In this document: piece by piece, positions 35,101-40,855 of the stretch
Layout: each line of letters begins with the position of its first letter
Numbering within the stretch: the stretch's first letter is position 1
From: Longimicrobiaceae bacterium
GTDB lineage: Bacteria; Gemmatimonadota; Gemmatimonadetes; Longimicrobiales; Longimicrobiaceae
Direction of reading: 5' to 3'
Length of the DNA: 40,855 bases
NCBI GenBank assembly: GCA_051006015.1
Contig: JBPCIT010000265.1
Coordinates: 1-40,855, forward strand
The notes under the pieces: model-generated
Told to the model about the DNA's origin: nothing
Databases searched by the model: none
The model's input: only the letters and a program-made list of their open reading frames with translations
Program-made: the position numbers and the translations under genes

Positions 35101-35501
35101 GCGTCCTGTATCGTGAGGTCGTGGCCCGGCGGGATGATGTAGATGTGGTCGGGCTCCACCGTCGTCGTCCCGGTGACCTGCGTCACAGGGACCGAAGTCC
35201 GGTCCTGCAGGAGCGCGGCGATGCGGCTCTCCCGCTCCGGGTCCAGGTGCATGATCACCACGTATGCCATGCCGCTGTCGGCCCGCACCGACTGGAAGAA
35301 GAGCTGCAGCGCCTTCAGCCCGCCCGCCGAGGCACCGATCCCCACGACCGTCAGCGGGCCCCGATCTCCTACATCGGGGCTGCTAGCCTGTTCGGGAAGG
35401 ACCGCCTGAGTCATGGCTGCCTCGAAGGAAGTGAGGGCCGCTCGCGCGGCCGAGGCCAACGGTGACCATCGATCAGAAGGCGCTCCACTTCGGAGAACCA
35501 T
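32160..35501 (-). CDS. multidomain chemosensory fusion: CheB-type methylesterase + CheR-type methyltransferase + coiled-coil/PAS + histidine kinase (HisKA + HATPase_c). Start possibly at the ATG at 35414.
   Basis: GIGASAGGLKAL...YVVIMHLDP (CheB catalytic domain); VRVWVVGCATGEEAYSIAIL (CheR SAM-binding); long heptad region (ELQSANQELLSVNEEQKAAAEELETSREEIQSINEEL); FLATMSHEFRTPLTAM (H-box); LVNLCGNAVRYT, VRDTGIGI, GGMGIGLAAAREF (N, G1, G2 boxes). Confidence 0.9.
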   Translation of the reverse strand: MVLRSGAPSDRWSPLASAARAALTSFEAAMTQAVLPEQASSPDVGDRGPLTVVGIGASAGGLKALQLFFQSVRADSGMAYVVIMHLDPERESRIAALLQDRTSVPVTQVTGTTTVEPDHIYIIPPGHDLTIQDATLRLQERGDGPQHSPIDLFFRTLAEACGPDAVGVVLSGTGSDGASGTRHIKECGGITVAQSPDEAEYDGMPESAIATGQIDLVLPSARVPAELLRLRRMPSPLEVDSPPGDTQAQLAQIFAVLRGKTGHDFSLYKPSTILRRLERRLRFNGAATLEDYLPMLRASETEARALVRDLLISVSSFFRDPEAFSALAEAIPALFEGKGPDDAVRVWVVGCATGEEAYSIAILSNEHAATLEHPPQIQIFATDIDEKGYARGRAAIYPASAVAEIPPERLRRYFTQEAGGYRIKKPLREGVLFAVHNVLHDPPFSRLDLISCRNLLIYLQPAAQEQAIATFHYALRSQGLLFLGSAESAGESGRFVPVARASRIYRRNATPHRVLPRLSAADPPSRPGGRPADAIEMSRPHRFAYGPVHLRMLEHYAPASLVVDERLEVVHLSGRAGDYLHLAEGEPSHDLMDLAPPELRMELRTALYQAFAKGLPTTRHLRLNGGAPLCLRVNPPVGDERAGRFALVLFEEEALLETEPAAEGEALQDPPPPRAVARPEEELRRIEEQLESTIAARDRTVEELQSANQELLSVNEEQKAAAEELETSREEIQSINEELTTINQEHQSSIEELKRTNADLQNLIESTEIGTIFLDRAMRIRRFTPSVATLFNFVATDQGRPLAHITHRLDYPDLVADAQSVLTSQERIEREVSSDAGEWYILRINPYRYAEGEIDGAVLTFVDNTARRRVQEELREAKIAAESANLLKGSFLATMSHEFRTPLTAMLGYSELLDLDGPLTTPQVEKIERIKVCGWHLASMIDEILTFAKLDEGCETVRYEKVDARMIAREAKVLVEPSAEAKDLALVLSLPDEAVELDMDADKARQILVNLCGNAVRYTERGEINLEVRAEGERVVFEVRDTGIGIAPEDQAHIFERFWRADNATTRAFGGMGIGLAAAREFSRLLGGDVEVESELGRGSTFRVWLPRRRKQP

Positions 35502-35556
35502 GCCAATCGGAACCGACGCGGCTGCGCAGCAGCGGGGTGCGAGGGCTTCCCATCTA

Positions 35557-35604
35557 TTGACCGGATGGTAAATACAAGCTAGCTTAGATTGTCCAGATGG
35601 TCAA
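35557..35604. promoter_or_regulatory. large imperfect palindrome with two copies of the TTGACC-N4-GGTCAA-type operator (TTGACC-GGAT-GGTAAA and TTGTCC-AGAT-GGTCAA) flanking a perfect AAGCTAGCTT core. Lies in the divergent region between the CheBR-kinase gene and a small secreted-protein gene.
   Basis: Sequence ATTGACCGGATGGTAAATACAAGCTAGCTTAGATTGTCCAGATGGTCAATGATTG. The half-sites match the operator at 30461-30485. Confidence 0.5.
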
Positions 35605-35731
35605 TGATTGCAGCAGAGGCATCAGCAGGAGAGAATTCCCCACGTTGATGCAAATGCGCTGGACCGCTGAGATGCTGGGGTGGGAAGCACTCCGCTTTCC
35701 GTCCGCCGTACCTCACCAAGGGGGAGACATC

Positions 35732-36016
35732 ATGCGTTCCATGCTCATTGTCGGGCTTCTGTTCACTCTGGCCACGGTGCCCGCCGTGCAGGCGCAACAG
35801 GTAGCAGTTCCGGCTTCGGCAGAGCAACCCGCTCCGCGCGTCGTAGAGGTTACGATGCCCAGGACCGAGGTGGATCTGACCCCGGCTCGGGCCGCGGCGG
35901 TTCAGTCCAGGGAGGCAGTCACGGCGGAGGCCGCGCGGGAGATGAGCGCACGCACCCTCCTTGCAGTCATTGGGGCGGCCCTGGTTGTGGTAGCCCTGGT
36001 CGTGTTACTAAACTGA
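35732..36016 (+). CDS. small exported/membrane-anchored protein (N-terminal signal peptide, C-terminal hydrophobic anchor), hypothetical.
   Basis: 94 aa from the ATG at 35732 (MRSMLIVGLLFTLATVPAVQAQQ... ending LLAVIGAALVVVALVVLLN), with GGGGGAG 5 nt upstream. The track ORF start at 35597 lies inside the operator and is probably spurious. Confidence 0.5.
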   Translation: MRSMLIVGLLFTLATVPAVQAQQVAVPASAEQPAPRVVEVTMPRTEVDLTPARAAAVQSREAVTAEAAREMSARTLLAVIGAALVVVALVVLLN

Positions 36017-36306
36017 TCGCTGGCGGCGGCGCTGGCGTTCGCCACCAGCACCACCCTGCCGCGGAACGCGGCCGCACTGCCCGCACTGACATTGAACCAC
36101 CACCCCAAGATGCGAGAGAGACCCACTCTGCGGCCCCACGAACCAGGTGAGGCGCCCGGGGGGGTGGTGGCGCGTGCGCTCACGATCCTCGAGGAAGAGA
36201 CGCGGGCGTGGACGGCGTTGCGCGAGCACCGGTTGGCACGCTCGCGTGAGGCGGTGCGGTCCGGTGAAGCGGCGGAATCGGACCCCGATGGTTCGCGGAG
36301 TGCACC

Positions 36307-39300
36307 ATGATCTGCTCGCGCTGCGGCCGGGAGAACGTGCGGTCGGCCCGCTTCTGCAACAACTGCGGAGGCGACCTGGGGCCGACGTGCCCGCACTGCG
36401 GTTTCGAGAATCCACCTGAATCGAAGTTCTGTGGCGGCTGCGGCCACCGTCTGCAGGAGGTGCACGCGTCGGAGGCGGAGGGCGAGCGCCGGCAGATCAC
36501 GGTGCTCTTCTGCGACCTGGTAGGCTCGACGGAACTCTCTCAGCAGCTCGACCCGGAGGACCTGCGCGATGTCATCGCGGCGTACCAGAGTGTCTGCGGC
36601 GAAGCGGTGGCGGCCCACGAAGGATATGTCGCGCAGTACCTCGGCGACGGCATCATCGTCTACTTCGGCTACCCGCGTGCCCAGGAAGACGATGCCCAGC
36701 GCGCCGTTCGCTGCGGGCTGGACATGCTGCGGCGGGTGCAGGTGGTCGCGGCGCAGATACGCAAGGACGTCACCCTGGCCGTGCGCGTCGCCGTGCACAC
36801 GGGGCGGGTCGTGGTGGGGCCGGTGGGCGCGGGCGACCGCCAGGACCGGATCGCGCTGGGCGACGCACCCAACATCGCCGCGCGACTGCAGGGGGTGGCG
36901 GAGCCCGGCACGCTGGTCGTGAGCGACGCGACCTGGGGCATCGTGAGCGGCTACTTTACCGGCCGCTCCATCGGCGAGGTGCAGCTCAAAGGCATAGCCC
37001 AGCCGATGGAGGTGTGGCTAATCGACGGCGAGACGGCATGGCGCGACCGCCTCGATGCGGCCGGCAGGCTGGCTCCCTTCGTCGGCCGCGAGCGAGAGCG
37101 ACGCCTCCTCGAGGAAGCCTGGCAGGCGGCGCAGCGGGGCGAGACGGGTTTCATCCTGCTGCGTGCGGATGCGGGCGTGGGCAAGTCGCGGCTCGGTCGG
37201 CTCTTTCGTGATCAGGCCGAGGCCTCCGGTGCGGCGGTGCTGGTGGCCCGGGCTTCCCCCTATAACAGCGACAGCCCGTTCTACCCGATCATCGAGCTGC
37301 TCGCGCAGCGGTTCGGTCTCGAACCGGGGCAGTCGGCGGACGAACAGCTGGCACGCCTCGAGGGCGCGCTCCGCGAGCTGCATCTGGACCCGGCCGTGGT
37401 CGTACCCTTCCTGGCGCCGCTGCTGGCCATCCCCGCCGGCGACCGCTACGCGGCTCCGGATCTCTCGCCCATACGGCGCCGCGCCCGGACCATGGAGGTG
37501 ATCGCCCATTTGTTCGGCGCCCTGGCCGAACAGACGCCGACGCTGCTGGTATTCGAGGACCTGCACTGGGCCGACACCTCGACCGCGGAGCTGCTCGAGC
37601 TGATCGTCGATACGCTGTCCGGCGTTCCGTTGCTGGGCCTGATCGCGGCGCGGCCGGATCTCGACGCATCCTGGGGCAAGGGCACCCGCCTGCAGTGCCT
37701 CGATCTGACGAAGCTGGACCCGGCACAGGCGGAGGCGCTCGCGCAGAGCGTCGCGGGCGGCAAGGCGCTGCCCGGCAAGGTGCTGCGGCAGATCGTGGCG
37801 CGCTCGGACGGCGTGCCGCTCTTCATCGAGGAGATGACGCGGGCCGTGCTCGAGTCGGGCGTGCTCCGCGAAGGCGCGGCAGCGTGGGAAGCGCGAGGGC
37901 CGGTGCCGGAGGATCTGATCCCGGCGACCGTGGCCGCGTCGCTGACCGCGCGCATCGACCGGCTCGGCACCTCGCGCGCCACCGCGCAGCTGGCCGCGAC
38001 CATCGGCCGCGAGTTCGGCTTCGCACTGCTGCGCGAGGTGAGCGAGCGCGACGAGCCGACCCTCCGCCAGGACATCAAGCGGCTAACGGACGCAGGCCTG
38101 GCGTGGGCAACAGACGAGTCAGGTGCCGGCACCTTCATGTTCAAGCACGCGCTGGTGCGCGACGCGGCCTACGAATCGCTGCTGCGCGCCACCCGCCAGA
38201 GCTATCATAGCCGCATCGCTGCCGCGATGCGCAGCAACATGGCCCAGTTCGCGGCGGAGCGGCCCGACCTGATCGCGCACCACCTGACCCAAGCCGGCGA
38301 GTACCAGGATGCGGTGGGCTTCTGGGAGACCGCCGGCCAGCAGGCGCTGCAGAGGTCGGCCATGCACGATGCGAGCGTCGACTTCCAGCGGGCGATCGGC
38401 TGCCTGAGCAACCTGCCCACGACGCGCGAACACCGGGAGCACGAGCTGGAACTGCAGCTCCAGCTCGCCCCGGTGCTCATGGCAGTGTATGGGTGGGCAG
38501 CGGTGCAAGTCGAGGAATCGTGCGAACGCGGCCGCGCGCTGGCGGAGGAGCTCGAGCGCTACGACCGCATCTACCCGCCGCTCTGGGGCCTCTGGACCGT
38601 CTACTTCCTGCGCGGTGAGCTCGAGCCGGCCATGTCTGCAGCCGAGGCGGTGCAGCGGATGGCGGAGGCTTCCGGGGTACCGATGATCCAGATTACAGGT
38701 CGCCATGCCACGGCCTATACGCTGCTCTACCGAGGCGAGATCGAGCGGGCGCTCGAAGAGGCGAACGCCGGTCTGGCGCTCTTCGATTTCGAACAGGAGA
38801 AGGCGCTGACCAGTATGTTCCAGCTCTCCTCGTCCGTCTGCCTGCGCACGGTGAGAGCGCATGCGCTCTCGATGCTGGGGCACGTCGCCGAGGCAGAGGC
38901 GGAGTGGGAGCGTATGGTGCAGCTCGCCCGGGATCTGCAGCACCTGCCCACCCTGGCCGCCGCGCTCGCCTTCTTCCTGCACGGCTACGGCTACCGCCAC
39001 TCGCACCTCCACCGGATCGAGCGGCTGTGCGAGGTCGCGGACGAGCTGCGCAGCCTGTGCAAGGACGAGGGGTTCTTGCTCTGGCTCGCGGTCGCGGAGA
39101 ACTATCGCGGCGTGATCGGGCTCGCCCTCGGCGAGGAGGATGCCCGCACCCGCATGCAGGAAGGCCTCGAGCTCTTCCTTCAGACCGGGACCCGCGTCAC
39201 CCTCGTGCTCGTGTACGTGATGATGGCCGAAGCGCTGTACGAGCTGCACGAGGACGAGGAAGCCTTCCGATTGCTGGACGAGGCCGAGGCGGAGATGGAG

Positions 39301-39600
39301 GCGCGCGGAGAGCGGCTGAACGCGCCCGAGATCTGGCGGGTACGCGGCCGCCTGCTGGCCCGGCGCGGCGACGCCGCCGCGGCCGAGGCGGCCTACCGCC
39401 ACGCGCTGCACTTCGCCGGCCAGCAGAAGGCGCGCTCCCTCGAGTTGCGCGCCGCGCTCGACCTGTACGACCTGCTGGCCACGAACGGGCGCGTCGAGGA
39501 AGGCCGTGCCCGACTCGCGGCTAGCCTCGATTCCCTCCCGGAGGGACTGGACCGCCCGGAACCGGCACGCGCGCTCGCCATCTTGGGTGGGTCCTCCTGA
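36307..39600 (+). CDS. signalling STAND protein: N-terminal double zinc ribbon + class III adenylate/guanylate cyclase domain + AAA/NB-ARC-like NTPase + C-terminal TPR-like helical repeats.
   Basis: CSRCGREN...CNNCGG...CPHCGFEN...CGGCGH (two ribbons); ITVLFCDLVGSTELS, AVHTGRVVVGPVG (cyclase homology domain, metal-binding Asp and transition-state residues); LLRADAGVGKSRL (Walker A) and LLVFEDLHWAD (Walker B); about 450-aa helical repeat C-terminal region. No HTH seen. Confidence 0.85.
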   Translation: MICSRCGRENVRSARFCNNCGGDLGPTCPHCGFENPPESKFCGGCGHRLQEVHASEAEGERRQITVLFCDLVGSTELSQQLDPEDLRDVIAAYQSVCGEAVAAHEGYVAQYLGDGIIVYFGYPRAQEDDAQRAVRCGLDMLRRVQVVAAQIRKDVTLAVRVAVHTGRVVVGPVGAGDRQDRIALGDAPNIAARLQGVAEPGTLVVSDATWGIVSGYFTGRSIGEVQLKGIAQPMEVWLIDGETAWRDRLDAAGRLAPFVGRERERRLLEEAWQAAQRGETGFILLRADAGVGKSRLGRLFRDQAEASGAAVLVARASPYNSDSPFYPIIELLAQRFGLEPGQSADEQLARLEGALRELHLDPAVVVPFLAPLLAIPAGDRYAAPDLSPIRRRARTMEVIAHLFGALAEQTPTLLVFEDLHWADTSTAELLELIVDTLSGVPLLGLIAARPDLDASWGKGTRLQCLDLTKLDPAQAEALAQSVAGGKALPGKVLRQIVARSDGVPLFIEEMTRAVLESGVLREGAAAWEARGPVPEDLIPATVAASLTARIDRLGTSRATAQLAATIGREFGFALLREVSERDEPTLRQDIKRLTDAGLAWATDESGAGTFMFKHALVRDAAYESLLRATRQSYHSRIAAAMRSNMAQFAAERPDLIAHHLTQAGEYQDAVGFWETAGQQALQRSAMHDASVDFQRAIGCLSNLPTTREHREHELELQLQLAPVLMAVYGWAAVQVEESCERGRALAEELERYDRIYPPLWGLWTVYFLRGELEPAMSAAEAVQRMAEASGVPMIQITGRHATAYTLLYRGEIERALEEANAGLALFDFEQEKALTSMFQLSSSVCLRTVRAHALSMLGHVAEAEAEWERMVQLARDLQHLPTLAAALAFFLHGYGYRHSHLHRIERLCEVADELRSLCKDEGFLLWLAVAENYRGVIGLALGEEDARTRMQEGLELFLQTGTRVTLVLVYVMMAEALYELHEDEEAFRLLDEAEAEMEARGERLNAPEIWRVRGRLLARRGDAAAAEAAYRHALHFAGQQKARSLELRAALDLYDLLATNGRVEEGRARLAASLDSLPEGLDRPEPARALAILGGSS

Positions 39601-39629
39601 CATTCCCCTACAGCGACTGGAGACGCCGT

Positions 39630-40553
39630 ATGTCTGACGACACCGCTCGCCTCCCCTGGTCCACCGAGCAATGGGCGGCGCTCCGCTCGGTGGTCCAGGA
39701 GTCCGCCCGCAAGGCACGGGTCGCGAGTTCGTTTCTGCCGCTGTACGGGCCGCTGCCGCGCGACCAGGTGACGGTGCCGGCACTCACCATGGAAAGCCCG
39801 GAGCTCGGCGACCGCCAGCGGGGCGAGCCACCCGCGCGCCTCGAGATCAACGACGCCGAGACGCTGCGCCTGACGACGATCGCCGCTGATGTGTACCTCA
39901 AGACGGCCGAGGCGGCCGACCCCGATCTGGAAGCGGCCAAGGCGATGGTGGGCCGGGCCGCGGACGTGCTCGGCCGGCTCGAGGACGCGATCGTCTTCAA
40001 CGGCCAGCCGGAGGCCGCACAGGCGCCCGTCCGGGAGGATGGCTCGCCCTTCGTCGTGCCGGTGATCTACACGGTGCGCGGCGGCCAGCAGCATCCGGGT
40101 CTGCTCGATACTGAGCTCGAGGTGGCGGTGCCCTTCCGCGAGCTGGACGGACGGAGCGAGACGCTGGTGAGCGGGGTCGTCGAAGCGATCGAGATGCTCG
40201 AGGGCCGGGGTCACTATGGCCCGTTCGCGTGCGTGCTGGGGCACGAGCTCTTCCTGGCCGCCAACACGCCGAACCGCAACTCGCTGGTGCTGCCCAGCGA
40301 CCGCATCCTGCCCTTCCTGGAGGGGCCGCTCCTGCGCTCGAGCACCCTCCCGGCGAACCTTGGGGTGGTGGTGGCGCTCTCCGGCTCGCCGATCGACCTG
40401 GTGGTCGCCACGGATCTGGACGTACAGTTCGTTCAGCTCACGCTCGAGCCGCGCTACGTGCTGCGGGTATCGGAGCGCTTCGTCCTGCGCATGAAGGAGC
40501 CGGACGCCGTCTGCCGGCTAGTGGCGGAGCCTGCCTCCGGCGACCGGGGCTAG
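39630..40553 (+). CDS. encapsulin nanocompartment shell protein (family 1, Linocin_M18 / HK97-fold).
   Basis: 307-aa ORF. N-terminal LPWSTEQWAALRSVVQESARKARVASSFLPLYGPL matches the conserved encapsulin N-terminal helix pattern (L-T-E-x-W-x-x-I-D...A-R-x-x-L-V-G-R-x-F). C-terminal half aligns in pattern with Thermotoga/Mycobacterium encapsulins (ILPFLEGPLLRS...DLVVATDLDVQFVQLTLEPRYVLRVSERFVLR). No phage structural genes nearby. Confidence 0.8.
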   Translation: MSDDTARLPWSTEQWAALRSVVQESARKARVASSFLPLYGPLPRDQVTVPALTMESPELGDRQRGEPPARLEINDAETLRLTTIAADVYLKTAEAADPDLEAAKAMVGRAADVLGRLEDAIVFNGQPEAAQAPVREDGSPFVVPVIYTVRGGQQHPGLLDTELEVAVPFRELDGRSETLVSGVVEAIEMLEGRGHYGPFACVLGHELFLAANTPNRNSLVLPSDRILPFLEGPLLRSSTLPANLGVVVALSGSPIDLVVATDLDVQFVQLTLEPRYVLRVSERFVLRMKEPDAVCRLVAEPASGDRG

Positions 40554-40556
40554 GCG

Positions 40557-40855
40557 ATGCGCACGCCGCGCGGCCGCCTGACCGCAGCAGCCCTGGCTCC
40601 CGCCGCGCTGCTGGAGAGCAGCAACCTGCCCCTGCCCACAGGCTCGACACCTGCCGGAAGCAGCCCGGCGCTCGTGGTCGGCGCGGTGCCGCCTCACCCG
40701 AGCAACGTCGTCGAGGTGCTGCTGCGCCGCGACGGCGGACGGGTACGCGCTCTCCGCGCCGGTCGCGAGCCGGCTTCCGCGCCGGGCGCGACGCCCGGTG
40801 ACGCGCAGTGGTTCCGGACGCTGCTGCCGCCGCTGCGCCCGGGAAGCCGCGACGA
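40557..40855 (+). CDS. hypothetical protein, 3' truncated by the window end; translationally coupled to the encapsulin gene (3-bp gap).
   Basis: Open frame from the ATG at 40557 to the window end (MRTPRGRLTAAALAPAALLESSNLPLPTGSTPAGSS...). Not in the ORF track because no stop is reached. Pro/Ala-rich, no motif. Confidence 0.4.
   Translation, partial: MRTPRGRLTAAALAPAALLESSNLPLPTGSTPAGSSPALVVGAVPPHPSNVVEVLLRRDGGRVRALRAGREPASAPGATPGDAQWFRTLLPPLRPGSRD

Noticed and set aside
1-40855. CRISPR arrays, rRNA, IS/transposase, integrase or phage structural genes
   Set aside because: No direct-repeat/spacer periodicity, no transposase/integrase-like translations and no rRNA-like conserved stretches were seen. 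The only repeats are the short G/C-run hairpin family.

Overview
This is a high-GC (about 68-70%) bacterial chromosomal window carrying roughly 35 protein-coding genes; I found no rRNA, tRNA or CRISPR array. All annotation is by reading the supplied translations and the DNA by eye, with no database searches. Housekeeping and identifiable genes: asparaginyl-tRNA synthetase; a base-excision-repair operon of a hypothetical gene, PolX (PHP domain) and endonuclease III; an ABC-F ATPase; an SNF-family sodium symporter; a MATE efflux pump; a class-C beta-lactamase-like serine hydrolase; an AraC regulator; a TAT-exported DJ-1/PfpI protein; a CheY-like receiver; and a 1113-aa CheB-CheR-PAS-histidine-kinase fusion. 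Most unusual locus (3..9864): a carrier-protein-centred biosynthetic cassette. On the plus strand it holds an NRPS-type adenylation-PCP didomain (5' truncated), two tandem paralogous alpha/beta hydrolases (one with a Cys nucleophile, one with the nucleophile replaced by Arg), a GT4 glycosyltransferase and a SAM methyltransferase. Convergent with this on the minus strand are a GNAT, a single 761-aa fusion of an ATP-grasp ligase with a fold-type-III PLP decarboxylase, a Trp-rich protein with a possible Cys-His-Asp core, and a lipoprotein esterase. The logic resembles carrier-tethered gamma-glutamylation and decarboxylation (butirosin BtrI/BtrJ/BtrK) and the adenylating enzyme + carrier + decarboxylase + two hydrolases cassette linked to exosortase loci, but with different fusions. 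Second unusual locus (36307..40855): a family-1 encapsulin shell gene 30 bp downstream of a zinc-ribbon adenylate-cyclase-STAND-TPR signalling protein and 3 bp upstream of an unknown gene cut by the window end. Other points: a G4/C5 hairpin repeat family sits at gene boundaries and has been absorbed into both ends of nth. Three genes are disrupted: an AzgA permease and a histidine kinase by 1-bp frameshifts in short G runs, and a TetR regulator by an in-frame TGA. A patch at 28979..29700 holds only gene fragments. A shared half-site operator motif (TTGACC-N4-GGTCAA) occurs upstream of the TetR locus and again next to the CheBR kinase. An 11-nt G homopolymer lies inside the CheBR kinase coding sequence. 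A lower-GC stretch (30880..32100) carries a small-ORF mini-island.
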